Source: a virus. Taken from it: a DNA stretch of 64,000 nucleotides. This document shows, in pieces, positions 46,192 to 54,041 of this stretch (its first letter is position 1; every line of letters begins with the position of its first letter). The translations under genes were made by a program, and so were the position numbers. The notes under the pieces were generated by a model. That model worked only from the letters and a program-made list of their open reading frames with translations, had not been told where the DNA came from and ran no database searches. The stretch covers positions 451 to 64,450 of IMG/VR virus record IMGVR_UViG_3300012086_000038. The stretch is one strand, 5' to 3'.

Positions 46192-47910
46192 ATGGATGAT
46201 TATATCGGGAAACTCGTAAAGAAATTTGAATCAGGAAGTAAAGGCAGTCTTGCTCTTGGCAGTTGCGGTAACGATTGGGGATTGAGTTGTGGTTCCTATC
46301 AGCTTACCTTACGCTGGGGGAATTGTATCAGCTTCCTGAAGAAATATTTTCCCTGGAAAACGGTGGGCTTGTATTTTAATTCCGGAAAATCTGATTTTGC
46401 ACAGAAGACATGGCCGGGAGCAGAATATTGTTCGTCACCGGAAGAAGTGCAAAGCATCTGGACGACATGTTACAACGAAGCAGGGGCAGATAAGTTTTTT
46501 AGATACGAACACGAATATATCCAGAACAGTTATTACGAACCCCTCATGAAAAAGTTGACCGGATATTATAATCCAAACAATAGCTGCAGTGCAATGCAGG
46601 AATGCATGTGGAGCTGGGCGGTCCATAGGGGAAGTTCCGGAGCCTACAGTGAATTTAAGGCGGCTATGGATACGGAAGGCATTCATGACCCAGAATCCGT
46701 TAAGGCAATTGAGTTGTTGGAAATATGCTATGACAAGCGTTATGCAGTGAGCGGAACTACCAGGTATTCGACTTCAGGCGGCGAATCAAGTGAAAGAATT
46801 GTTTTAAGGGAATATATATGTTCCGCACCTTTGAAGTATGAGGGACGCAACCCTACAACGGAAATTAAGGAGGAATCAGCAATGAAGGTTATTGAAAAAA
46901 TCGCAACCCAGAATCCATGCTATAAGGCAGGAAAGACTATTACGCCATCTGGTATCATGATTCATAGCGTGGGGTGTCCACAACCAGACCCTCTTGTGTT
47001 TGTGAAGAATTGGCAGAGTGCATCCGCACAAGTATGTGTTCATGCAGTGTTAGGTACAGATGGGAACGTGTATCAGTTATTACCGTGGAATTGGAGAGCA
47101 TGGCATTGTGGAATCGGCTCAAAAGGTTCCTGCAATAATACCCATATCAGTTTTGAAATGACGGAGCCGGCAACGATTGCATATACGAGTGGCGCAAATT
47201 GGACTGAAAAAAATCCGGAGGCAACCAAGGCACATGTGCTTGCAACGTATAAGTATGCGGTTGAGCTTACGTCATACCTTTGTGAAAAGTATGGTCTTAA
47301 TCCACTTGCAGACGGAGTGGTTATCTCTCATAGCGAAGGCAATAAGCGAGGTCTGGCTTCAAACCATGGGGATGTTGAGCATATCTGGTCCAAGTTTGGA
47401 TTGACGATGAATCAATTCAGGCAGGATGTCAAGGCGGCTATGGGTGGAAAAGTCGTTGAAGTAGCAAGCACCGATAACAAAAGCACATCTGATGTTTCAG
47501 AAAGTACAACAGGTACAGTTGTAAAGGTTACGGTTGATTCTTTAAACATCCGTAGCGGTCCGGGAACCTCATATACGATTGCAGGTTCCATCACCGATAA
47601 GGGAAGCTATACCGTAACTGAAATATCGGACGGATGGGGAAGGTTAAAATCCGGAGCCGGATGGATTTGCCTTAGTTACACAAATTATTCTGGAAATGCC
47701 ACAAGCACAGCAGCTACATCGAAATTTCCTTATACAGTAACGATTACCGCCAAAGTCCTTAATGTGAGGAAAGGTGCTGGTACTTCCTACGGCATTGCAA
47801 CTACTGTAAAAAAGGACGAAAAGTATACCATTATTGAAGAGAGTAACGGTTGGGGAAAATTAAAATCCGGAGCCGGATGGATTTCCCTTGAATATGCAAA
47901 GAGATTATAA
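46192..47910 (+). CDS. Modular endolysin: N-terminal lysozyme-like domain, Amidase_2 domain, two SH3b domains
   Basis: KKFESGS...G.S.GSYQL (VgrG3-like muramidase pattern); IMIHSVGC...VHA...AWHCG...ISFEM...SHSEG..HGD; GWGRLKSGAGWI twice. Confidence 0.88.
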   Translation: MDDYIGKLVKKFESGSKGSLALGSCGNDWGLSCGSYQLTLRWGNCISFLKKYFPWKTVGLYFNSGKSDFAQKTWPGAEYCSSPEEVQSIWTTCYNEAGADKFFRYEHEYIQNSYYEPLMKKLTGYYNPNNSCSAMQECMWSWAVHRGSSGAYSEFKAAMDTEGIHDPESVKAIELLEICYDKRYAVSGTTRYSTSGGESSERIVLREYICSAPLKYEGRNPTTEIKEESAMKVIEKIATQNPCYKAGKTITPSGIMIHSVGCPQPDPLVFVKNWQSASAQVCVHAVLGTDGNVYQLLPWNWRAWHCGIGSKGSCNNTHISFEMTEPATIAYTSGANWTEKNPEATKAHVLATYKYAVELTSYLCEKYGLNPLADGVVISHSEGNKRGLASNHGDVEHIWSKFGLTMNQFRQDVKAAMGGKVVEVASTDNKSTSDVSESTTGTVVKVTVDSLNIRSGPGTSYTIAGSITDKGSYTVTEISDGWGRLKSGAGWICLSYTNYSGNATSTAATSKFPYTVTITAKVLNVRKGAGTSYGIATTVKKDEKYTIIEESNGWGKLKSGAGWISLEYAKRL

Positions 47911-47915
47911 TATTT

Positions 47916-47947
47916 ATCCCCTGTCAAACGGCAGGGGATTTTTTTTA
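47916..47947 (+). terminator. Rho-independent terminator ending the late operon
   Basis: ATCCCCTG-TC-AAAC-GG-CAGGGGAT-T7. Confidence 0.9.
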
Positions 47948-47987
47948 TTTTGAGAAAATTTCATTTTATCTGAAAAGTCAATCATTT

Positions 47988-48071
47988 CAAACGTCCTTCG
48001 GACAATCCTATGGACAATCCACCGAAAAATCCACTGTAACCAGTACCAGTACCATCACCAGTACCATAACC
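47988..48071 (+). repeat. Iteron-like array B: GGACAATCC at 48000 and 48012, degenerate copies at 47988 and 48024, then 6 hexamers (GTAACC AGTACC AGTACC ATCACC AGTACC ATAACC)
   Basis: Read directly; same architecture and orientation as array A. Confidence 0.85.
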
Positions 48072-48352
48072 AGAAAAAAGAAGAAAATGAAACACGCACG
48101 TACACACATAAAATCAATGTTTGTTAGAGTGTTTGCACTATCTATACAAAATGAACAAAAACGAAGCATGTTTTTTGACGTAATGAATCCCAGTCAATCC
48201 TACAGAATTATTCAATATAATCTATGGCTAACAGTAAAAACGTATTCAGAAGCATTTCAGAAGTTCTCAGAGGCTCTTGAAAAAGAGTTTCTTCTATTAT
48301 ATAAAGCACGTCGTTTATCTTAAAAAACTTTCAAAAAACATAAACTTAATGA

Positions 48353-48411
48353 TTGACAATTACCGAACGGTAAGCTAAGATGATTGCAAGATATAAATTA
48401 CCAAACGGTAA
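48353..48411 (+). promoter_or_regulatory. Promoter TTGACA-17-TAAGAT with operators at 48360-48373 and 48398-48411
   Basis: Two perfect TTACC-N4-GGTAA; module duplicated at 57063-57122. Confidence 0.85.
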
Positions 48412-48444
48412 GCATATTGGTTAAGAGTGAAAGGAATGGTTGGC

Positions 48445-48666
48445 ATGACAAGACAGAAAGCAGAAAAGCACTTAGAAAGAGCAATAGAGCATAGAGAGTA
48501 TTTAAGAGAATACTACGTTGAGGTAAAGAGAAGTCCAAAATGGAGAAACCTGGATTTGCCCTGGAGTCTCTTTGGTAATCCTTTTCAAAAGGAACTCAAT
48601 GAAATTAAAAACGACTTGAAGGAAATTAATGAAAGAATTTCAAAATATGAACGTATCCTCAAATAA
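48445..48666 (+). CDS. Hypothetical protein
   Basis: First gene after right-arm promoter. Confidence 0.55.
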   Translation: MTRQKAEKHLERAIEHREYLREYYVEVKRSPKWRNLDLPWSLFGNPFQKELNEIKNDLKEINERISKYERILK

Positions 48667-48789
48667 TAGAGGGAATGTAGAAGTAAAAGCTAATCTAAAC
48701 GAAGCAGTAAGGCTGGGAGCTACCGACATGGCTCTGGTTCCTGGTCTGAAAAGTAGTAAGATAGCTGGAAAATAAAAGGAGGAAATGGC

Positions 48790-49110
48790 ATGAGCGTTTA
48801 CACAATCAGCTACGAAGGAGAAAAGAAGAGTTTCCAGTATGACAGAGATAACGCAACGGTTTTGTATGTTGCGAAAGCATCCGCTGAAGATATTGCAGTT
48901 AATCAGGAGTGGGTGACTAAATATGGCAAGCCATTATTTGAAATTCTGGGTGATGGATACATGGTATTTGACAGTATCGGACTCAGCAGAGAGAATTGGG
49001 ATGACAAAGAAGCCAGAGACGAATACCTGCATGGATGGATGTTTGAGATGGAAGAAGAGCTGGCTTATATGATGGAAGATGCGGTGAAAGAATTTGGATT
49101 GGAGGTGTAA
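48790..49110 (+). CDS. Hypothetical acidic protein
   Basis: AGGAGG RBS. Confidence 0.7.
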   Translation: MSVYTISYEGEKKSFQYDRDNATVLYVAKASAEDIAVNQEWVTKYGKPLFEILGDGYMVFDSIGLSRENWDDKEARDEYLHGWMFEMEEELAYMMEDAVKEFGLEV

Positions 49111-49111
49111 G

Positions 49112-49363
49112 ATGAAAGGACCTTTAGTAGCAGAGATAGCAGTAAGGTGTGCAAAGTTAGCAGTTGCGGTTGATGAAAGTGGGGACGTGACATTTGGTGA
49201 ATATGTCAATGAGTATGTTGAACAGCTTGAAGATGGAACGTATCTGACATACTTGAAGTCTTGGATAGGCTGGATGATTGAAAGTGGAAGCAAGGAAGCA
49301 GTTGAAATCATGAAGCGTGTTATCAGATGTGAAATGAAATCTACCGAATGGGAGGAAGCTTAA
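49112..49363 (+). CDS. Hypothetical protein
   Basis: GGAGGT RBS. Confidence 0.65.
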   Translation: MKGPLVAEIAVRCAKLAVAVDESGDVTFGEYVNEYVEQLEDGTYLTYLKSWIGWMIESGSKEAVEIMKRVIRCEMKSTEWEEA

Positions 49364-49366
49364 TAG

Positions 49367-49705
49367 ATGGCTAAGAAATATGTTAATCATGTAAAAGGTC
49401 AACCGATTACAAGAAACACGGACAACATTAGAGTGGAAGGGCGTATTGGTACATGGTATGTAATCGATGAAACATACCACAGAGGATGTAAGATATTCCT
49501 GCTTGAACACGAGATATATGGGGACGAGGCTGCTTGTATTGCAGTTGATAAAAATGGGAAAGTTGTATGTGAAGATATATATGATGATTTTCCTGATTGC
49601 TTGGACTGTGCAGAAAATCATATCGAAGTGCCTATTTTCAGCGAGGAAATGAACGAAGATGGAAGCTATGACATTATAGGATACCGTAAAGAATATACGG
49701 ACTAA
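49367..49705 (+). CDS. Stand-alone domain resembling a module of large polyvalent proteins of Clostridial conjugative elements
   Basis: IRVEGRIGTWYVID....G.KIFLLEHEIYGDEAACIAVD..G.VV.EDIYDDF. Confidence 0.55.
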   Translation: MAKKYVNHVKGQPITRNTDNIRVEGRIGTWYVIDETYHRGCKIFLLEHEIYGDEAACIAVDKNGKVVCEDIYDDFPDCLDCAENHIEVPIFSEEMNEDGSYDIIGYRKEYTD

Positions 49706-49726
49706 TCAAACAGAAAGGCAGAGAAA

Positions 49727-50116
49727 ATGGTTAGATATTACAGCACACAACGCCCAGTTCTTCCGGGAGGTTTCCCGAAAAAAGTAGAGGTTGAGAGGAT
49801 TGAGAATTTTGATACGAAGACATTCTGTGAAGAAATCGGCCGGGAAGCGTGGGGGTACATAGAGTACAGTACGGCACTTACAACAGAGGAAGCAGGTGCA
49901 TATGAGCTGACGCTAGGCGGCATGAAAACTTATTATTGCGTGACTACTTCCATTGATGACAGAGGAACGGTAAAAGCAGCAATCACAAATGTTATTCAGA
50001 CCGTTTGTAAGCCGGATAATAGTTCTAAGAGTTTGAAATGCAAGGATGTTTATAATGACTGGTTTGATAGCCGGGAGGAAGCTGAAAAATTTGTGGAGGA
50101 AGCAAAGACGGCATAG
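49727..50116 (+). CDS. DarA C-terminal-like (defence-against-restriction) domain protein
   Basis: RYYSTQRPVLPGGFP...IGREAWGYIEY...LT.EEA..YEL, recognised from memory only. Confidence 0.5.
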   Translation: MVRYYSTQRPVLPGGFPKKVEVERIENFDTKTFCEEIGREAWGYIEYSTALTTEEAGAYELTLGGMKTYYCVTTSIDDRGTVKAAITNVIQTVCKPDNSSKSLKCKDVYNDWFDSREEAEKFVEEAKTA

Positions 50117-50147
50117 AATAAAAATCCATAAAAAGTAAACTTTCCGA

Positions 50148-50205
50148 TTGACACCAGAAGTGGGTAAGTTATGATGAAGATACAAAACAACTTACCGGAA
50201 GGTAA
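50148..50205 (+). promoter_or_regulatory. Promoter TTGACA-CCAGAAGTGGGTAAGT-TATGAT with operator TTACC-GGAA-GGTAA (50192-50205)
   Basis: Both recurrent motifs present. Confidence 0.8.
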
Positions 50206-50226
50206 GTTGGAAAGGAGGAAGTTAAT

Positions 50227-50439
50227 ATGACATACATTGAGAGAATCAATCAAAAAGTCGGGGAAATGAAAGACGAAGGATACACTGGTACGGAAGCAAT
50301 CATGGAACTGGCAATGGAAGCCGGGCTGGACACATTCAATCCTTACAAGGCAACTGAAGAAGAGCTTAAGGAAATCGCAGACATGCTTCAAAAAGCAGAA
50401 ACAAAAGAACTGCCCAACAGCTATTCTACCCAGAATTAA
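50227..50439 (+). CDS. Hypothetical protein
   Basis: AAGGAGG RBS. Confidence 0.65.
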   Translation: MTYIERINQKVGEMKDEGYTGTEAIMELAMEAGLDTFNPYKATEEELKEIADMLQKAETKELPNSYSTQN

Positions 50440-50654
50440 GCGATATTGAAGGGACAGTTCTCAGCAGAAGGGGAGTTACAGCTCCCCTACCTGTTGAGTA
50501 TAACATAGACGAATCAAGAAGTAAATGAAAAAACAAGAGGTTAAGGACGAAAGAAGAATTGAAAGTAATTAGAACTGGTACCGGTATATGAAACCAGCAC
50601 AGTTATTCAGATGGAATGGAAAACCGAATGGCAGGGGGAGAAGGGAGGTAACAA

Positions 50655-50837
50655 ATGACACAGTATCAAAGGAAAACAGTAGATTGCTGGAGGATGTATG
50701 TAAATTATGGATACGGATGGGAACACGAATTGACTGAGTACAGCAAGACGGAAATCAATGACAGGAAGAGAGAGTATGCCGAGAATTGTCCTCAGTATCC
50801 AGTGAGAGTTGTTAAAGGAAGGGAACGAAAGGAATGA
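50655..50837 (+). CDS. Hypothetical protein
   Basis: GGAGGT RBS; YVNYGYGWEHE motif. Confidence 0.7.
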   Translation: MTQYQRKTVDCWRMYVNYGYGWEHELTEYSKTEINDRKREYAENCPQYPVRVVKGRERKE

Positions 50838-50877
50838 TTGGTATTAACTCCCCACCAGTAGACAAGGAGGAAAGAAG

Positions 50878-51462
50878 ATGGCAATTATCGAAAATGGTAC
50901 AATATCTTTCAAAGGGGCTGTTATAAAAACATGGGACCATTATTGGATTGATGGCATGGTTAGTGAATATGCGCTGGTATGGAATATTGAGAAACATGAA
51001 TACGAGACGGTCAATATTGGATATTACGGCTCGGATGGTCATGACTTCATAGGAATCAAATGTGAAGTGGAAGTCAGTGAAATAATATCAAGGGATATTC
51101 TAAAACATACCAAGAAATCAGCAATATATAGCTTCTGCCAGTCGGTAATCGAAAAGAAGAGTCGTATTGAAGCAGGAATTGATGCAGTGGTGGTAAGAGG
51201 CAGAAAGGTTCAGAAAGGAAAGAAACTGAATGTTTTTTGGGTTGGTGAAAGACCGACCTTTACCGGATACGGCACTGAAGGAATAGCTGGTTGTTATGAT
51301 GAACAGGGCAATAAAATCTGGATAAAAGCAGATTATCTGAAAAATGTTACACCTTTAAAAAGCCCTACTGTGAAAGAACGGAAAAAATACATAAATTGGT
51401 ACATAGAACAGAATACAGAAAAGCATGTGAGGAGGATTGCTGGGTGGCACAACATGGTTTGA
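50878..51462 (+). CDS. Hypothetical protein
   Basis: AAGGAGG RBS. Confidence 0.7.
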   Translation: MAIIENGTISFKGAVIKTWDHYWIDGMVSEYALVWNIEKHEYETVNIGYYGSDGHDFIGIKCEVEVSEIISRDILKHTKKSAIYSFCQSVIEKKSRIEAGIDAVVVRGRKVQKGKKLNVFWVGERPTFTGYGTEGIAGCYDEQGNKIWIKADYLKNVTPLKSPTVKERKKYINWYIEQNTEKHVRRIAGWHNMV

Positions 51463-51680
51463 GAAAAGGCAATTATCGGATATTTACTGAATGTTCCAGA
51501 GGACCTGAAGCAGGGTACAGGAAACAGCTTCGGGCTGGAACGAAAATCAGGGTGGACTTGTTTGATGGGCTTCCGCTCTGGAAAGTTCCTGAATTGCTGA
51601 AATGCAAAAACTGGAAAGTTGACAGCAAATACGGTAAAGGTGTTTGCATGACATACTACATAGATATTTTAGAGAGATAG
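51396..51680 (+). CDS. Hypothetical protein (start uncertain, possibly TTG 51459)
   Basis: Fills gap in the operon. Confidence 0.5.
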   Translation: MVHRTEYRKACEEDCWVAQHGLRKGNYRIFTECSRGPEAGYRKQLRAGTKIRVDLFDGLPLWKVPELLKCKNWKVDSKYGKGVCMTYYIDILER

Positions 51681-51693
51681 GAGGAAGAAAACA

Positions 51694-52005
51694 ATGAAGT
51701 TGATGACAAAAGAGATTGAGAAGAAGTTTAAGGAGTTTCCATTAATGAGCCAGGATGGGAAGGGTATGGATGCCGAAGTTGTGGTGAAGTATTTCAATCC
51801 GTTCGGTACCGGAACCTGGCTGATTACCGAAGGCGAGAAGCAGGAGGATGGAGATTGGGAGCTGTTCGGATACTGCCATATCTTTGAATGGGAGTGGGGA
51901 AGCGTGATGCTGAGCGAACTGGAGAACATACGGACTCCGTTCGGCGGCATTGAAAGGGATCTGTATATCGGCGAACATAGCAAGGTCAAGGACTTGGTGA
52001 GATAG
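51694..52005 (+). CDS. DUF2958-like protein
   Basis: PLMSQD.....VVVKYFNP.GTGTWLITE...LFGY......EWGSVMLSELE....IERDLY. Confidence 0.8.
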   Translation: MKLMTKEIEKKFKEFPLMSQDGKGMDAEVVVKYFNPFGTGTWLITEGEKQEDGDWELFGYCHIFEWEWGSVMLSELENIRTPFGGIERDLYIGEHSKVKDLVR

Positions 52006-52010
52006 GAGGG

Positions 52011-52382
52011 ATGAAAGTGATTACAGTGTGTTATGAGGAGTATCACAATGATTATTTCAGGAAGGAGCATGAGAAACGGTTTGCGAATCTGGCAGAACTA
52101 GAGGAGTGGATATTCGGGCAGATGAAGCAGGACTATTCGGACAAGGAGAAGGGATGGTTGAGAATGTTCTTCCCTGTGCATGAGACGCCTTCCAGGATTG
52201 GGTTTACGCCGCAGTGGGGCGGACCTAACTGCTGGATACACCAGATTGAAAGCGAGAGGGGCATCATCTTTACCGATGGAAGGCATACTGCCGGGCAGAA
52301 GCATTGGAACCAGGAAGTAAGGGACTGGCTGAAGCATTGTAAGGAACGCCAGTATTCCCCGAAGTTTGTGTTTGCGGAGTGA
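52011..52382 (+). CDS. Hypothetical protein
   Basis: AGGAGG RBS. Confidence 0.7.
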   Translation: MKVITVCYEEYHNDYFRKEHEKRFANLAELEEWIFGQMKQDYSDKEKGWLRMFFPVHETPSRIGFTPQWGGPNCWIHQIESERGIIFTDGRHTAGQKHWNQEVRDWLKHCKERQYSPKFVFAE

Positions 52383-52429
52383 TTCGGAATGAGACCCACC
52401 CGGCAGACAGCCGGAGGAAGGAGCAGATT

Positions 52430-52819
52430 ATGGATATTTTGGAAAAACAGAGATTGACGGAGGTGCAGATAGAACAGTTGGCACTGGAAATCAGGGAGTT
52501 CCTGCTGAGACATGGGATGTGGCAGGACGTGGACATCTACTTCAATCATAAGAGATTTGGTTGCAAAGGTCCGGACGGTCACTATTACTACAATGACCGG
52601 GAACATCTGTTTGTAGAAGAAGGGATTGAGCCAGAAACATTTTTTGAGTATGTGAATCCGGCTCATATCTTCAGCATGAGTTTTGAAGGTCCGGTGTGCG
52701 AGATGCTTTACTACGGAATGTATCCTACCACCAGAAATAAGTTTGATGCAATATTCGAGCGATACGGCCTCTATTATGAGTTCGGCAATCACTGGAATTT
52801 CAGTTGTTATTACATTTGA
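52430..52819 (+). CDS. Hypothetical protein
   Basis: AAGGAG RBS; FSMSFEGP...YGLYYE.G..WNFS. Confidence 0.7.
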   Translation: MDILEKQRLTEVQIEQLALEIREFLLRHGMWQDVDIYFNHKRFGCKGPDGHYYYNDREHLFVEEGIEPETFFEYVNPAHIFSMSFEGPVCEMLYYGMYPTTRNKFDAIFERYGLYYEFGNHWNFSCYYI

Positions 52820-52831
52820 GGAGGATTAGAT

Positions 52832-53230
52832 GTGGAAGAAAGAAGAGACATTGAGAAGCTTAAAATTGAATTTGAAGTCGTGGTAACGAATGAGGATATT
52901 GATGATATTATGTGCAGTGCATTGGAAGGCGGCATAACTTACTGGTGCTGCAATGCAGAAGTAATTGGAGAATATTTGGGAGAATACGGCAGTGAGCAAA
53001 TTAGCAGAGGTGGAAAACTCCGACTTTACGATAGTGAAGAAGATAAGGCCTATGAATTGACAAGAGGCAAGTTCATGAAAGGATTGAAAATGTACTTTGC
53101 AAAACAGATAGCAGGAGGTTTTTTGGATTCCACTGGTCATGGACTTTGCTTGGATCCAGGTTATGCAGATGCTTTTACGGCGGATGCAATAATTCAGTAT
53201 GCACTGTTTGATGATGTGATTTATGGATAG
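52832..53230 (+). CDS. Hypothetical protein
   Basis: DIMCSALEGGITYWC...ADAIIQYALF.DVIYG. Confidence 0.75.
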   Translation: MEERRDIEKLKIEFEVVVTNEDIDDIMCSALEGGITYWCCNAEVIGEYLGEYGSEQISRGGKLRLYDSEEDKAYELTRGKFMKGLKMYFAKQIAGGFLDSTGHGLCLDPGYADAFTADAIIQYALFDDVIYG

Positions 53231-53438
53231 GAGGATGTTTATGGATGTAGGTTGTTGGTATACAGAAAGCTGGTGCGATGAAGATTTGGAATTGGCATTG
53301 GAAAATGCTGAAATTCCGGTTACAGAGGAAAATATAAGCAAACTGGGGGAAGCCTGCAAAGGAATCTTTGATGATAAATCAGAGAGAAATGAAATGATTG
53401 CGCAAATGGCTCGCGAAACATTCGGAAAGGAGGTTTAA
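53223..53438 (+). CDS. Hypothetical protein
   Basis: Overlaps previous stop. Confidence 0.65.
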   Translation: MDRRMFMDVGCWYTESWCDEDLELALENAEIPVTEENISKLGEACKGIFDDKSERNEMIAQMARETFGKEV

Positions 53439-53440
53439 GG

Positions 53441-53953
53441 ATGTCTATGATGAACGCTATTAGAAAAGAATTTAGGAACGAACTCATTGTACTGAGGGAA
53501 GAAAAGAGGCAATTGGAAAGCCTGGTAATAAAAAAGCGGGAAGAAATCACAGCAATAAGGATGTCACTGGTTACAGAAATGTGTGCACATTGCGTTGAAG
53601 AAAATACTATTGAATGGAATACAAGAAAGCAAGGATATGTAGCATATTGTCCTAACTGTGGGAGACGGCTGATGATATGTAGTGAATGCAGGGCATATGG
53701 TTTTCCTTGTAACTATAACCCGGACGAAGATATATGTTACCGCATGGTTGAAAAAATGTGGAAGGAATTTGAAGAGATACCGTTGGATGTTGATAAAGAT
53801 GGGCGTGAGTATTTTGAAAAAGAATTTAGCTTATGTGGATATGAGTTTCCTGCAGGAATTGAAAAGAATGAGGTTTGGGGCTGGTTCGACTGCCATCATC
53901 CAAAGGGGATTGATTATCTTTTGAATGAGTTCGAATATGGAGGTGGAGAATGA
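53441..53953 (+). CDS. Zn-ribbon-containing hypothetical protein
   Basis: CAHC...CPNCG...CSEC. Confidence 0.7.
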   Translation: MSMMNAIRKEFRNELIVLREEKRQLESLVIKKREEITAIRMSLVTEMCAHCVEENTIEWNTRKQGYVAYCPNCGRRLMICSECRAYGFPCNYNPDEDICYRMVEKMWKEFEEIPLDVDKDGREYFEKEFSLCGYEFPAGIEKNEVWGWFDCHHPKGIDYLLNEFEYGGGE

Positions 53954-54041
53954 GAGGATAGAGATTGAGATGATTGCGTTAGCCAAGATGAACATTGTTA
54001 ATTTATCAACTATAATTTAACTCTTGAAAGGAGAAAAAAGA

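Noticed and set aside
47620-47895. Repeated GGTTAAAATCCGGAGCCGGATGGATTT-like sequence
   Set aside because: Encodes the two SH3b domains of the endolysin
48087-48323. 78-aa ORF after iteron array B
   Set aside because: No convincing RBS; low-complexity AT-rich sequence upstream of the real promoter
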